Below are positions 1 to 8,552 of a DNA stretch of 64,000 bases, one piece after another. The stretch is taken from positions 1,408,001 to 1,472,000 of the forward strand of contig CAVYTA010000006.1 in assembly GCA_963771355.1 (NCBI GenBank). Reading direction: 5' to 3'. The stretch is from an uncultured Candidatus Rokubacteria bacterium (GTDB lineage Bacteria > Methylomirabilota > Methylomirabilia > Rokubacteriales > CSP1-6). Numbering within the stretch: position 1 is the first letter of the stretch; the number at the start of each line of letters is the position of its first letter. The notes below the pieces were generated by a model. It was not told the origin of the DNA, did not search any database, and was given only the letters and a program-made list of their open reading frames with translations. The position numbers were made by a program, and so were the translations under genes.

Positions 1-715
1 GCGTGAAGAGGAGGCCCGCGCGCGCGGTGGAGAGCCCGAGCACGCCCACGAGATAGTAGGGCACCAGGAGCCAGACGGCGAACTGGGCCCAGTTCGCGAG
101 CGCGGACAGGAGCAGGGCGCCCAGCACACTGCCGCGCAGCCATTCCGTGCGCGGCGGGAGACGCCACACGCCCCCGCGCCCGCCGCGGGGCAGCTGGAGC
201 AGCGCGAGAACACCCACCGCGAGGGCGAGCGGGGCGCGATAGAGGAAGACCGCGCGCCAGCCGGACACGTCCACCAGGGCGCCCCCGACGATGGGCCCCA
301 GCGTCAACCCTACTCCCATGCCGAGCGCGAGGCGGCCCAGCCCGAACCCGTGACGCTCACGCGGGAGCGCGAGGGTGATCAGCGCCGGCGCGGTCCCGTA
401 GATGAGGCCACCGCCCACGCCCTGCAGCACGCGGGCGGCGAGGAGGAGCCCGAAGGACGACACCACGAGATAGCCCGCGAAGGCGGCGGTGGAGATCCAG
501 AGCCCCGCCGTGAACACGGGGCCCGGGCCGAAGCGATCGGCGAGGAGCCCCGCGCCGAAGGCGGTGAGCGCATACGTGAGCACGTAGCAGACGATCACCC
601 AGCGAATGGACACCGGGCCCACGTCGAAGGCCACCGACATGGCGGGAAAGGCGATGTTCACGGAGGCGTCGAGCGAGACCACCAGCGCGCCAAGCGCGGC
701 GACGGCGACGGACAC
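1..715 (-). CDS. MFS transporter, DHA2 (EmrB/QacA-like); runs off the window start
   Basis: Manual translation of the minus strand: VSVAVAALGALVVSLDASVNIAFPAM...GLLADRFG...ARVLQGVGGG...LGPIVGGALVDVSGWRAVF (MFS motifs A and C). Start codon uncertain. Confidence 0.85.
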   Translation of the reverse strand, partial: MSVAVAALGALVVSLDASVNIAFPAMSVAFDVGPVSIRWVIVCYVLTYALTAFGAGLLADRFGPGPVFTAGLWISTAAFAGYLVVSSFGLLLAARVLQGVGGGLIYGTAPALITLALPRERHGFGLGRLALGMGVGLTLGPIVGGALVDVSGWRAVFLYRAPLALAVGVLALLQLPRGGRGGVWRLPPRTEWLRGSVLGALLLSALANWAQFAVWLLVPYYLVGVLGLSTARAGLLFT

Positions 716-764
716 CAGAGTATACTAGCCGGGCTGTCCAGCCATTTCGAGGAGGTTTTCAGCG

Positions 765-1553
765 ATGCGCTTGAGAAATCAGGTCGCCCTCGTCACCGGC
801 GCCGGCCGCGGCATCGGCGAAGCCATCGCGCGTGCCTTTGCCCGCGAGGGCGCGCGCGTCGCCGTGGCCGACATCGATCCGCGGACCGCGGCCGCCACCG
901 CGCGCCGGCTGGGCGCGGGCCGCGGCCTCGCGCTGCACATGGACGTGGCCGATTCCGCGTCGGTGGCCGCGGGCTTCGCCGTCATCGAGCGGAAGTGGAA
1001 GCGCCTCGACATCGCAGTGACCAATGCCGCCATCGAGCCCATCGTGCCCTTCCTCGAGCTCACCGAGGACACGTGGGACCGGGTGCTCGATACCAACCTC
1101 AAGGGCACCTTCCTCGTCGCGCAGGCGGCCGCGAGGCGGATGGTCCCGCGCCGCCGCGGGGTCATCATCACGCTGTCGTCCGTGAACGCGGAAGTGGTGC
1201 GGCCGGAGTCCGCCGCCTACGGCGCCTCGAAGGGCGCGGTGCGCCAGCTCACCAAGGCCATGGCGATCTCGCTGGCGCCGTACGGCATCCGCGTCAATGC
1301 CATCGGCCCGGGCACGGTGGTGACGGGGCTGACGCGGCATCTCCTCCGCAAGAAGACGTGGCGTGACGCCGTCTACGCGCGCACGCCCATGCAGCGCGTG
1401 GCCGACGCGAAGGAGATCGCGGCGGTGGCGCTCTTCCTCGCCTCGGACGAGTCCTCCTACATGACCGGCACCACCGTCTACGTGGACGGGGGCCGGCTCG
1501 CGCTCAATGGCCTGATGCCGCCCAAGGGTTCCCGCCGCCGGACCCGTCGCTAG
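765..1553 (+). CDS. SDR family NAD(P)-dependent oxidoreductase
   Basis: TGAGRGIG, NAA, YGASK, IRVNAIGPG motifs; GGAGG RBS. Confidence 0.95.
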   Translation: MRLRNQVALVTGAGRGIGEAIARAFAREGARVAVADIDPRTAAATARRLGAGRGLALHMDVADSASVAAGFAVIERKWKRLDIAVTNAAIEPIVPFLELTEDTWDRVLDTNLKGTFLVAQAAARRMVPRRRGVIITLSSVNAEVVRPESAAYGASKGAVRQLTKAMAISLAPYGIRVNAIGPGTVVTGLTRHLLRKKTWRDAVYARTPMQRVADAKEIAAVALFLASDESSYMTGTTVYVDGGRLALNGLMPPKGSRRRTRR

Positions 1554-2288
1554 GTGCCGGAGCCGGCCGGCTGGCTCGCGCTGGGCCTGGCCGCCATCGT
1601 CGCCTCGTCCATCGGCGGCGTGGCCGGCTTCGGAACCGGCGCCATGATGATCCCCGTCATCGCGTGGACCCTCGGGCCCAAGGCCACCGTGCCGGTGCTC
1701 ACGGTGGGCATGTTCATCGGCAACGGCGCGCGCGTCTGGTTCTCCCGCCACGAGATCGACTACCGCGTGGTGGGGGCGTACCTCCTGGGCGCCATCCCCA
1801 CCGGCATCGTGGGTGCCGTCCTCTACTCCTCCATCGAGGGCGCGTGGATCAGCCGCCTGCTGGGCGGCTTCCTCCTCATCGCCGTTCCCGGCCGCCGCTG
1901 GCTCAAGGCCCACGGCATGCGGGTGCGCCTGGTCCACTTCCCGCTCATCGGCGGCGTCTTCGGCTTCCTGTCCTCGCTGGTGGGTGCGGTGGGGCCCATC
2001 CTGAGCCCGTTCTTCCTGGGCTACGGTCTCCTCCGCGGGGCCTACGTCTCCACCGATGCCCTCTGCACCGTCGGCACCTACTTCACCCGCGGTCTCGTCT
2101 TCCACCGCTATCACCTGATGACGGAGCCCACCGTCACCGTGGGGATCTACATCGGGGTCATCATGATCGCGGGCGCGTGGATCGGCCGCCGGCTCCTCGA
2201 CCGGATGACCGAGCGGGCCTTCCTGCGCCTGATCGAGACCCTGCTCGTGCTCTGCGGCCTGCAGATGCTGCTCTTTCCCGCCCGTTGA
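1554..2288 (+). CDS. TauE/SafE (sulfite exporter) family membrane protein
   Basis: About 8 hydrophobic segments; GGVAGFGTG and duplicated GxxSSLVGAVGP motif. Confidence 0.85.
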   Translation: MPEPAGWLALGLAAIVASSIGGVAGFGTGAMMIPVIAWTLGPKATVPVLTVGMFIGNGARVWFSRHEIDYRVVGAYLLGAIPTGIVGAVLYSSIEGAWISRLLGGFLLIAVPGRRWLKAHGMRVRLVHFPLIGGVFGFLSSLVGAVGPILSPFFLGYGLLRGAYVSTDALCTVGTYFTRGLVFHRYHLMTEPTVTVGIYIGVIMIAGAWIGRRLLDRMTERAFLRLIETLLVLCGLQMLLFPAR

Positions 2289-2322
2289 CCCCGGCTTGCG
2301 TGTCGCGGTAGAACTGGGGCTC

Positions 2323-2730
2323 ATGACTTCGCCGCTGGCCCCGGGCCTGTCCGCCGAGATCCAGATCGCCGTCACCCGCGAGCTCACCGCCGACGCCCTG
2401 GGCAATACGGGGGTGCTCGTGTTCGCCACCCCCCACGTGATCGCGTGTCTCGAGAACGCCTCCAGCGTGGTCCTCAAGGGCCACCTCCCACCCGGTGGGG
2501 GGTCGGTGGGCACCATGATCGAGATGAGGCATCTCGCCGCCACCCCGATGGGCATGACGGTGCGGGCCAAGGCCACCATTCTCGAAACCGACGGCAAGCG
2601 GGTGCTGTTCGCGGTGGAGGCCTGGGACGAGGTGGAGAAGATCGCCGAGGGCCGCCACGAGCGTTTCGTCGTGGGCAACCTCGAGCGCTTCCTCGAGCGC
2701 GCGATGGCCAAGGGCAAGTCCAGAAGCTGA
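2323..2730 (+). CDS. FlK-like (fluoroacetyl-CoA) thioesterase, hot-dog fold
   Basis: VFATP..IACLE, SVGT.I...HLAATP.G, G.HER motifs (Thr/Glu/His triad). Confidence 0.9.
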   Translation: MTSPLAPGLSAEIQIAVTRELTADALGNTGVLVFATPHVIACLENASSVVLKGHLPPGGGSVGTMIEMRHLAATPMGMTVRAKATILETDGKRVLFAVEAWDEVEKIAEGRHERFVVGNLERFLERAMAKGKSRS

Positions 2731-2740
2731 GGAGATCCCC

Positions 2741-3196
2741 ATGCCCATATCGATCAACACGAGCATCAAGGGCAAGGAGTACGCGCCCTACGTGGTTCAC
2801 GTGGAGCGGGGCAAGATCAAGGAGTTCGCCCGCGCCATCGGCGACCTCTCCCCCTTCTATCTCGACGACGAGGTGGGGCGCGCGTCACCGTGGGGCGACA
2901 TCATCGCCCCGCCCACCTTCGCCATCACCTTCCGCGACGAGCGAGCCGACACCGGCGCGCTCCTGAAGGATCTCGGCACCGACATCTCCCGCATCCTCCA
3001 CGGGGAGCAGGAGTTCGAGCACTACAAGCCCATCCGGCCCGGCGACACCCTGCTGTGCCGGGGGCGGATCTCGGACGTCTACGAGAAGTCCGGCAAGTCC
3101 GGCCCCATGGCCTTCGTGGTCCGCGAGACCACGGTCACCGACGCCGACAACGAGGTGGTGGCTCGGGTCCGCGGCATCACCGTGGTCCGTCTCTGA
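2741..3196 (+). CDS. MaoC-like dehydratase N-terminal domain protein (HadA-like)
   Basis: VERGKIKEFARAIGD, APPTF, LHGEQEFE..PI..GD. Confidence 0.9.
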   Translation: MPISINTSIKGKEYAPYVVHVERGKIKEFARAIGDLSPFYLDDEVGRASPWGDIIAPPTFAITFRDERADTGALLKDLGTDISRILHGEQEFEHYKPIRPGDTLLCRGRISDVYEKSGKSGPMAFVVRETTVTDADNEVVARVRGITVVRL

Positions 3197-3203
3197 GGAC
3201 GCC

Positions 3204-3656
3204 ATGAAATACGCCAAGGTCTATTTCGAGGACGTCGAGGTCGGCAGCGAGATGCCCCCGCTGGTCAAGGGGCCCATCGAGCAGATTCAGCTCACACGCT
3301 ACGCGGGCGCCTCGGGCGACTTCAACCCTATTCACCAGGACGCCGCCTTCGCCCGGGCGGCGGGCATGGGCGACGTCTTCGGTCACGGCATGCTCTCCAT
3401 GGGCTTCGTGGCCCAGTCCGTGACGGATTGGCTCGGGGTGGGCACCGCGCAGAAGATCGGGGTGCGCTTCGCCGGCCTGGTGCGCCTGGGCGACGTCATC
3501 ACGTGCCGCGGCAAGGTCATCGCCAAGCGGCCCGCGAAGGAGCCTGGCCGCGGGCCCGGCCAGGTGGACCTCGAGCTGTGGGCGGAGAATCAGAAGGGCG
3601 AGAAGGTCGTCACCGGGCGCGCGACGGCCACCCTCGTCTCGCGCGAGAACGAATAG
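3204..3656 (+). CDS. MaoC family (R)-specific dehydratase (HadB-like)
   Basis: Hydratase-2 motif YAGASGDFNPIH..FA...G...GHGM. Confidence 0.92.
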   Translation: MKYAKVYFEDVEVGSEMPPLVKGPIEQIQLTRYAGASGDFNPIHQDAAFARAAGMGDVFGHGMLSMGFVAQSVTDWLGVGTAQKIGVRFAGLVRLGDVITCRGKVIAKRPAKEPGRGPGQVDLELWAENQKGEKVVTGRATATLVSRENE

Positions 3657-3683
3657 GCGGAAGGTCGGCGAGGCGGACGACGC

Positions 3684-4220
3684 CTAGACGGTCCTGCCGC
3701 TCAGGAACTCACGGAGCGCGGCATCGGTGGACGGAAAGGCCAGCTCCGCCCACGGGATGTCCGCCGGGGCCACCCACTCCACGCGATCGCACTCGTGGCA
3801 GGTGGTCAGCGTGCCGCCGGTGACGGCGGCGCGGTACACGACGATCACGATGGGCGAGGCGCGATAGGAGTAGACCCCCACCAGCCGCCCGAGCTCCACG
3901 CGGAGCCCGGTCTCCTCCCAGGTCTCGCGCACCGCCGCCGCCTCCACCGGCTCGCCCCAGTCCACGAAGCCGCCCGGAAAAGTCCACTTGCCGTAGGACG
4001 GGTGGATGGCCCGTCGCGTGAGCAGGATCCGGCCGTCGGACTCCGGGATGGTGCCCGCGACCACCTTGTGATTGAGGTAGAAGACGAATCCGCAACCCGT
4101 GCACACCGGCTCGGGTCGACCCTCCGGCCCCACAGGCCGGCGCTCGAGAGCGCCGCCGCAGAGCGGGCAGAAGCGCACGCCGTCCGGCGTGAGCTGGCGG
4201 AGGGATTCGTTGACGCTCAT
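3684..4220 (-). CDS. NUDIX hydrolase with N-terminal zinc ribbon
   Basis: FCPLCG..CTGCG; Nudix box GGFVDWGEPVEAAAVRETWEETG. Confidence 0.92.
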   Translation of the reverse strand: MSVNESLRQLTPDGVRFCPLCGGALERRPVGPEGRPEPVCTGCGFVFYLNHKVVAGTIPESDGRILLTRRAIHPSYGKWTFPGGFVDWGEPVEAAAVRETWEETGLRVELGRLVGVYSYRASPIVIVVYRAAVTGGTLTTCHECDRVEWVAPADIPWAELAFPSTDAALREFLSGRTV

Positions 4221-4253
4221 CCGCGCAGAGTCTACCATCGGGCAAGTATTATC

Positions 4254-4288
4254 TGCGGGGGCCTCGACATGGCCCCCGCACTCCCCCC
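4254..4288. repeat. REP-like palindrome (10-bp stem, 7-nt loop, CTCCCCCC tail)
   Basis: TGCGGGGGCC-TCGACAT-GGCCCCCGCA-CTCCCCCC; near-identical copy at 34196-34230. Confidence 0.75.
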
Positions 4289-4337
4289 AAGGTGGGCGAT
4301 CAACGCGCGTGATGACTTGCCCTGAGAGAAAGCAGTC

Positions 4338-5774
4338 ATGAAGTGGGTGGCGGCGAAGTCGGGCTTCGACGAGATGTTCGGGCGGGGCCACACCCCGCGC
4401 GCGCACTATGCCGCCCTCATCTCCATCCTCGAGTCCTTCACCCTCGAGGACGTGGCGCGGCGCGAGCGCCTCCAGCGCCTGGCCCTCATGAATCAGGGCA
4501 TCACCTTCACCGTGTACGGCGAGAAGGAGGGGCTCGAGCGCATCTTCCCCTTCGACTTCGTGCCCCGCATCATCCCCGCCCCGGAGTGGAAGCTGGTCCA
4601 GGACGGCCTCGTCCAGCGCATCACCACGCTCAATCTCTTCCTCCTCGACATCTACGGGGACCAGAAGTGTCTCGCCGACAAGATCGTTCCCGCCGAGCTC
4701 CTCCTCTCGCGCAAGGAGTACAAGCGCGAGCTGCGCGGGGTGGTGCCGCCGCGGAAGATCTTCACCCACGTGGTCGGCACCGACATCATCCGTGACGGCA
4801 AGGGCCAGTACCTGGTGCTCGAGGACAATTGCCGGGTGCCCAGCGGCGTGTCCTACGTGCTGGAGAACCGCACCTTGCTCAACCGCGTGTTCCCGGAGTT
4901 CTTCGCCTCCTACCCGGTGCGCCCGATCAAGGACTATCCGAGCCTCCTCCTCGACACGCTGCTGCACGCCGCCCCGCGATCCAGCCAGAGCCCGGTCACG
5001 GTGCTGCTCTCGCCCGGCATCCACAACTCCGCCTACTTCGAGCACTCCTACCTCGCCCGCGAGATGGGCGTGGACCTGGTGGAGGGCCGGGATCTCCTCG
5101 TCGAGGGCAACCGCGTCTTCATGCGCCGCACTCACGGCAAGCGGCAGGTGGACGTCATCTACCGGCGGGTCGACGACGAGTTCCTCGATCCCCTCACCTT
5201 CCGCCGCGATAGCCTGCTCGGCGTGCCCGGCCTCCTCAACGTCTACCGCGAGGGCAACGTGGCCCTGGCCAACGCGCCGGGGGCGGGCGTGGCCGACGAC
5301 AAGAGCGTCTACGCCTTCATGCCCGCCCTCATCAAGTACTACCTGGGCGAGGAGCCGCTGCTGCCCCAGGTGCCGACGTATCTCGGCGCCAGCAAGGACG
5401 GCCTGCGCCACATCACGGAGCACGCGCACGAGCTGGTGGTGAAGACCACCGGCGACGCGGGCGGGTACGGGATGCTCATGGGCCCCTTCGCGTCGAAGAA
5501 GGAGATCGAGGCCTACGTGGCCCAGGTGAAGAAGAACCCCGGCAACTACATCGCCCAGCCGCTGGTGGACCTCTCCTCGCATCCCACCCACGTGGAGGGG
5601 CGCTTCGAGCCGCGCCGCATCGACCTGCGGCCCTTCATCCTCTATGGCGACCGCATCCGCGTCCTGCCCGGCGGGCTCACCCGCGTGGCGCTGCGCCCCG
5701 GCTCCTACGTCGTCAACTCCTCCCAGGGCGGCGGCAGCAAGGACACCTGGGTGCTCGCGCCCCGCGACCCATGA
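4338..5774 (+). CDS. Circularly permuted type 2 ATP-grasp protein
   Basis: GITFTVYG, ERIFPFD.VPRII, VLEDN.RVPSGVSY, SAYFEH, VVNSSQGGGSKDTWV. Confidence 0.95.
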   Translation: MKWVAAKSGFDEMFGRGHTPRAHYAALISILESFTLEDVARRERLQRLALMNQGITFTVYGEKEGLERIFPFDFVPRIIPAPEWKLVQDGLVQRITTLNLFLLDIYGDQKCLADKIVPAELLLSRKEYKRELRGVVPPRKIFTHVVGTDIIRDGKGQYLVLEDNCRVPSGVSYVLENRTLLNRVFPEFFASYPVRPIKDYPSLLLDTLLHAAPRSSQSPVTVLLSPGIHNSAYFEHSYLAREMGVDLVEGRDLLVEGNRVFMRRTHGKRQVDVIYRRVDDEFLDPLTFRRDSLLGVPGLLNVYREGNVALANAPGAGVADDKSVYAFMPALIKYYLGEEPLLPQVPTYLGASKDGLRHITEHAHELVVKTTGDAGGYGMLMGPFASKKEIEAYVAQVKKNPGNYIAQPLVDLSSHPTHVEGRFEPRRIDLRPFILYGDRIRVLPGGLTRVALRPGSYVVNSSQGGGSKDTWVLAPRDP

Positions 5775-6730
5775 TCCTCTCCCGCGTCGCCGACGGGCTG
5801 TACTGGATGGGCCGCTATCTCGAGCGGGCCGAGAACACCGTCCGCCTCCTGCTCGTCGCCGAGGAGCTGTCCACCGAGGTGTTCGGGCTCGACGAGGACC
5901 TCGCCCGGTCGGAGTGGCACGACCTGGGCGAGATCTTCCCCGGCCCCGCGCTGCCCGAGCGGACGACCCGGCAGGTGGCCAGCCTCGCCGCGATCTCGCT
6001 CCAGGCGCTCACCTTCTCCGCCGCCCATCCGAACTCGGTGTACTTCTCGCTCAAGCGGGCCCGCGACAACGCGCGGGGCGTGCGGGAGGCGCTCACCTTG
6101 GAGGTCTTCGTCAATCTCAACGAGACCTACCGCGAGCTCGAGGAAGCGGCCAAGCGGCGCCTGGTGGACACGCCCTCCTTCCGCAGCGCGCTCGGCAGCA
6201 CCCACCGCGGCATCCTCGCCACCGTGGGATCCGTCGAGCACACGCTCACGCGGCAGCCGGGCTGGCTGTTTCTTCGGCTCGGGGAGTCGATGGAGCGCCT
6301 GTACCGGACGGCGGCCGTGCTGCGGGTGAAGCTCCCCGCCCTCATCGTGCCGGAGCCCAAGGTGGACCTGCCGCTTCTCCATACGCGCTGGCGGGGCCTC
6401 CTGCGCGGGCTCTCGTGCTTCGAGGCCTTCCGCCAGTCGTACGGGGCGCGACTGGAGCCCCTGGAGGTGCTGCATTTCCTCCTCTTCGACGGCCAGGCTC
6501 CCCGCTCGCTCCGCTACGGCACCACCGCGGTGAAGGAGTACCTCGACCGGCTCTCCGCGGGCGGCAGCCCCAGCGCGCCCGCGCGCCTCATGGGCCGCCT
6601 CTTCGCGGAGCTGACCTATCAGAGCGACGAGGTGATCCGCCGGAGCGAGTACATCCCCTTCCTCGAGCACGTTCTCGAAGAGGTCACCAAGACTCACGAG
6701 GCGCTCTCCACGCAGTACTTCGGGACCTGA
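5771..6730 (+). CDS. Alpha-E domain protein
   Basis: LSRVADGLYWMGRYLERAEN and a second ER motif; ATGA overlap with the ATP-grasp gene. Confidence 0.93.
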   Translation: MILSRVADGLYWMGRYLERAENTVRLLLVAEELSTEVFGLDEDLARSEWHDLGEIFPGPALPERTTRQVASLAAISLQALTFSAAHPNSVYFSLKRARDNARGVREALTLEVFVNLNETYRELEEAAKRRLVDTPSFRSALGSTHRGILATVGSVEHTLTRQPGWLFLRLGESMERLYRTAAVLRVKLPALIVPEPKVDLPLLHTRWRGLLRGLSCFEAFRQSYGARLEPLEVLHFLLFDGQAPRSLRYGTTAVKEYLDRLSAGGSPSAPARLMGRLFAELTYQSDEVIRRSEYIPFLEHVLEEVTKTHEALSTQYFGT

Positions 6731-6735
6731 GCCTC

Positions 6736-7703
6736 GTGTTCCTCGAGGTCGAGCACCGGCTGTCCTTCGACTACGACGCGTTCATCCGCGAGTCCTTCAT
6801 CGAGCTGCGGATGCAGCCGAAGACCACTCCGCATCAGACGCTCCAGTCCTTCGTCCTCGCGGTGGGGCCGCCCACCACGCTCTCGCGGTACCGGGACTGG
6901 AACGACAACATCGTCCACCACTTCACGGTGACGTCCTACCACGACCGGATCGCGGTGGCGGGCCGCGCGCTGGTGAGCACCCATCCCGCGGCCTCCCCGC
7001 TCGACGACGTCATCGATCGCCTTCCCCTGGAGAGCCTCCCCTATCCGTTCTGGGACTTCCTCCAGCTGGGCGGCCCGGTGCGAGGCAGCGCGGCTCTGCG
7101 CAAGTTCAACCAGGGGGTGTCGATCCCGCCCGGCGCCGGGCTGGGGGAGCAGATCGAGGCGCTGGGCGGCCACATCCACACGAGCTTCGAGTACCGGAAG
7201 AACGTCACCCGGTACGACTCCAGCACCGACGACTTCCTGGTCGCCGGCGCGGGCGTCTGCCAGGACTTCACCCACCTCATGCTGGGGCTCCTGCGCCTGC
7301 GGCAAATCCCCTGCCGGTACGTGAGTGGCTATCTCCACGTGGCACCGGCGGAGGGCGAGGCGGCGCAGAGCCATGCCTGGGTGGAGGTCTACTCGCCCGC
7401 GCGCGGCTGGGTGCCGTTCGACCCCACCCACAACCGGCCCATCGACGAGCGGTACGTCGCGGTGGGCCACGGCCGCCACTACGAGGACGTTCCCCCCAAC
7501 AAGGGTATCTTTCGCGGGAACGCGAAGGAGGCGCTCACCGCCGAGGTCTACACGCGCCCTTCCATGCAGAAGGACATCTCGACCTTGCGCGAGGAGATCG
7601 AATCCATCGACCTGCCCGTGTTCCAGGAGATTCCCGAGCGCACGCGAGACTGGACGGTGGCGGTCTCGGACGCCAACATCGCGCGCAGCAGCAGCAGCAG
7701 TAG
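6736..7703 (+). CDS. Transglutaminase-like protein (probable true end at poly-Gln stop 7703; as read it runs on to 7839)
   Basis: GVCQDFTH, RYVSGY, SHAWVE, FDPT catalytic Cys/His/Asp; (CAG)5 TAG lies in a shifted frame just before the convergent gene. Confidence 0.88.
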
Positions 7704-7708
7704 TCCGC

Positions 7709-8473
7709 TCAGTCGGGAGAGGCCGGACTCTCCGGCTCCGCCCGCCGCGGCAGCTGCAGCCGCGCCACCACCGGCAGATGATCCGAGGCGACGCGGGCCA
7801 GCCGGCTCCGGTGCACCCGGAAGCCGTCGCCCTGTATGACGCGGTCCCAGTAGATCCGGTCCAGCGCGAAGAACGGCATCGGCGAGGGATGGGTGCGCCG
7901 GTGCCGCGGTCCCGCCAGCGCGCCCCGAAGCGCCCGTCCCACCGCGCCGGGGAACCACTCGTTGAGGTCGCCCACCACCACCCGGGGCCCGGTGAGGTCG
8001 GCGTGAAGGATGTGCTGGCTGACTAGCCGCGCCACCTGCGCGGCCCGCTCGCGGATCCGCAGGCCGAAGTGCACGTTGAAGAGATGCAGCAGGCCCTCGG
8101 GAAGGATCAGGTCCACGCGAATGCCGCCGCGCGGCTCGCGGATCGAGTGAGTGAGGTCGAACACGCCCGACCCGCGCGCGGGGAGCCGCGTGAGCACGGC
8201 ATTGCCGTACGGGCCCTCCAGTCGGGTGTGGGTGACCCCCATGTGCATCTGCAGCCCCAGCCGCGCCGCGAGCATCTCCGCCTGCGGGCGAAAGATCTCC
8301 TGGACGCCCACGAGGTCGGCATTGAGCTCCTCGATGACGGCGGCGATCCGCATGAGATCGACGCGGCCGTCGATCCCCTGGCCCTTGTGGATATTGTAGG
8401 AGGCAACGGTGAGCGTGGTCCGGTGAGGCTCGCTCGTCGGGTCCGTCCCTCTCGGTCGGCGTCGTCGGAACAT
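7709..8473 (-). CDS. Endonuclease/exonuclease/phosphatase family protein (YbhP-like)
   Basis: SYNIHKG, GVQE, GNAVL, GDLNEW, LDRIY, SDHLP. Confidence 0.92.
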   Translation of the reverse strand: MFRRRRPRGTDPTSEPHRTTLTVASYNIHKGQGIDGRVDLMRIAAVIEELNADLVGVQEIFRPQAEMLAARLGLQMHMGVTHTRLEGPYGNAVLTRLPARGSGVFDLTHSIREPRGGIRVDLILPEGLLHLFNVHFGLRIRERAAQVARLVSQHILHADLTGPRVVVGDLNEWFPGAVGRALRGALAGPRHRRTHPSPMPFFALDRIYWDRVIQGDGFRVHRSRLARVASDHLPVVARLQLPRRAEPESPASPD

Positions 8474-8552
8474 GGCTTCTCCTTGCTATCTTAACAAGCC
8501 GTCTGGTAGGCTGGCGCCACCCGAGACGGACGCCCACACCGCGAGGACTTCC

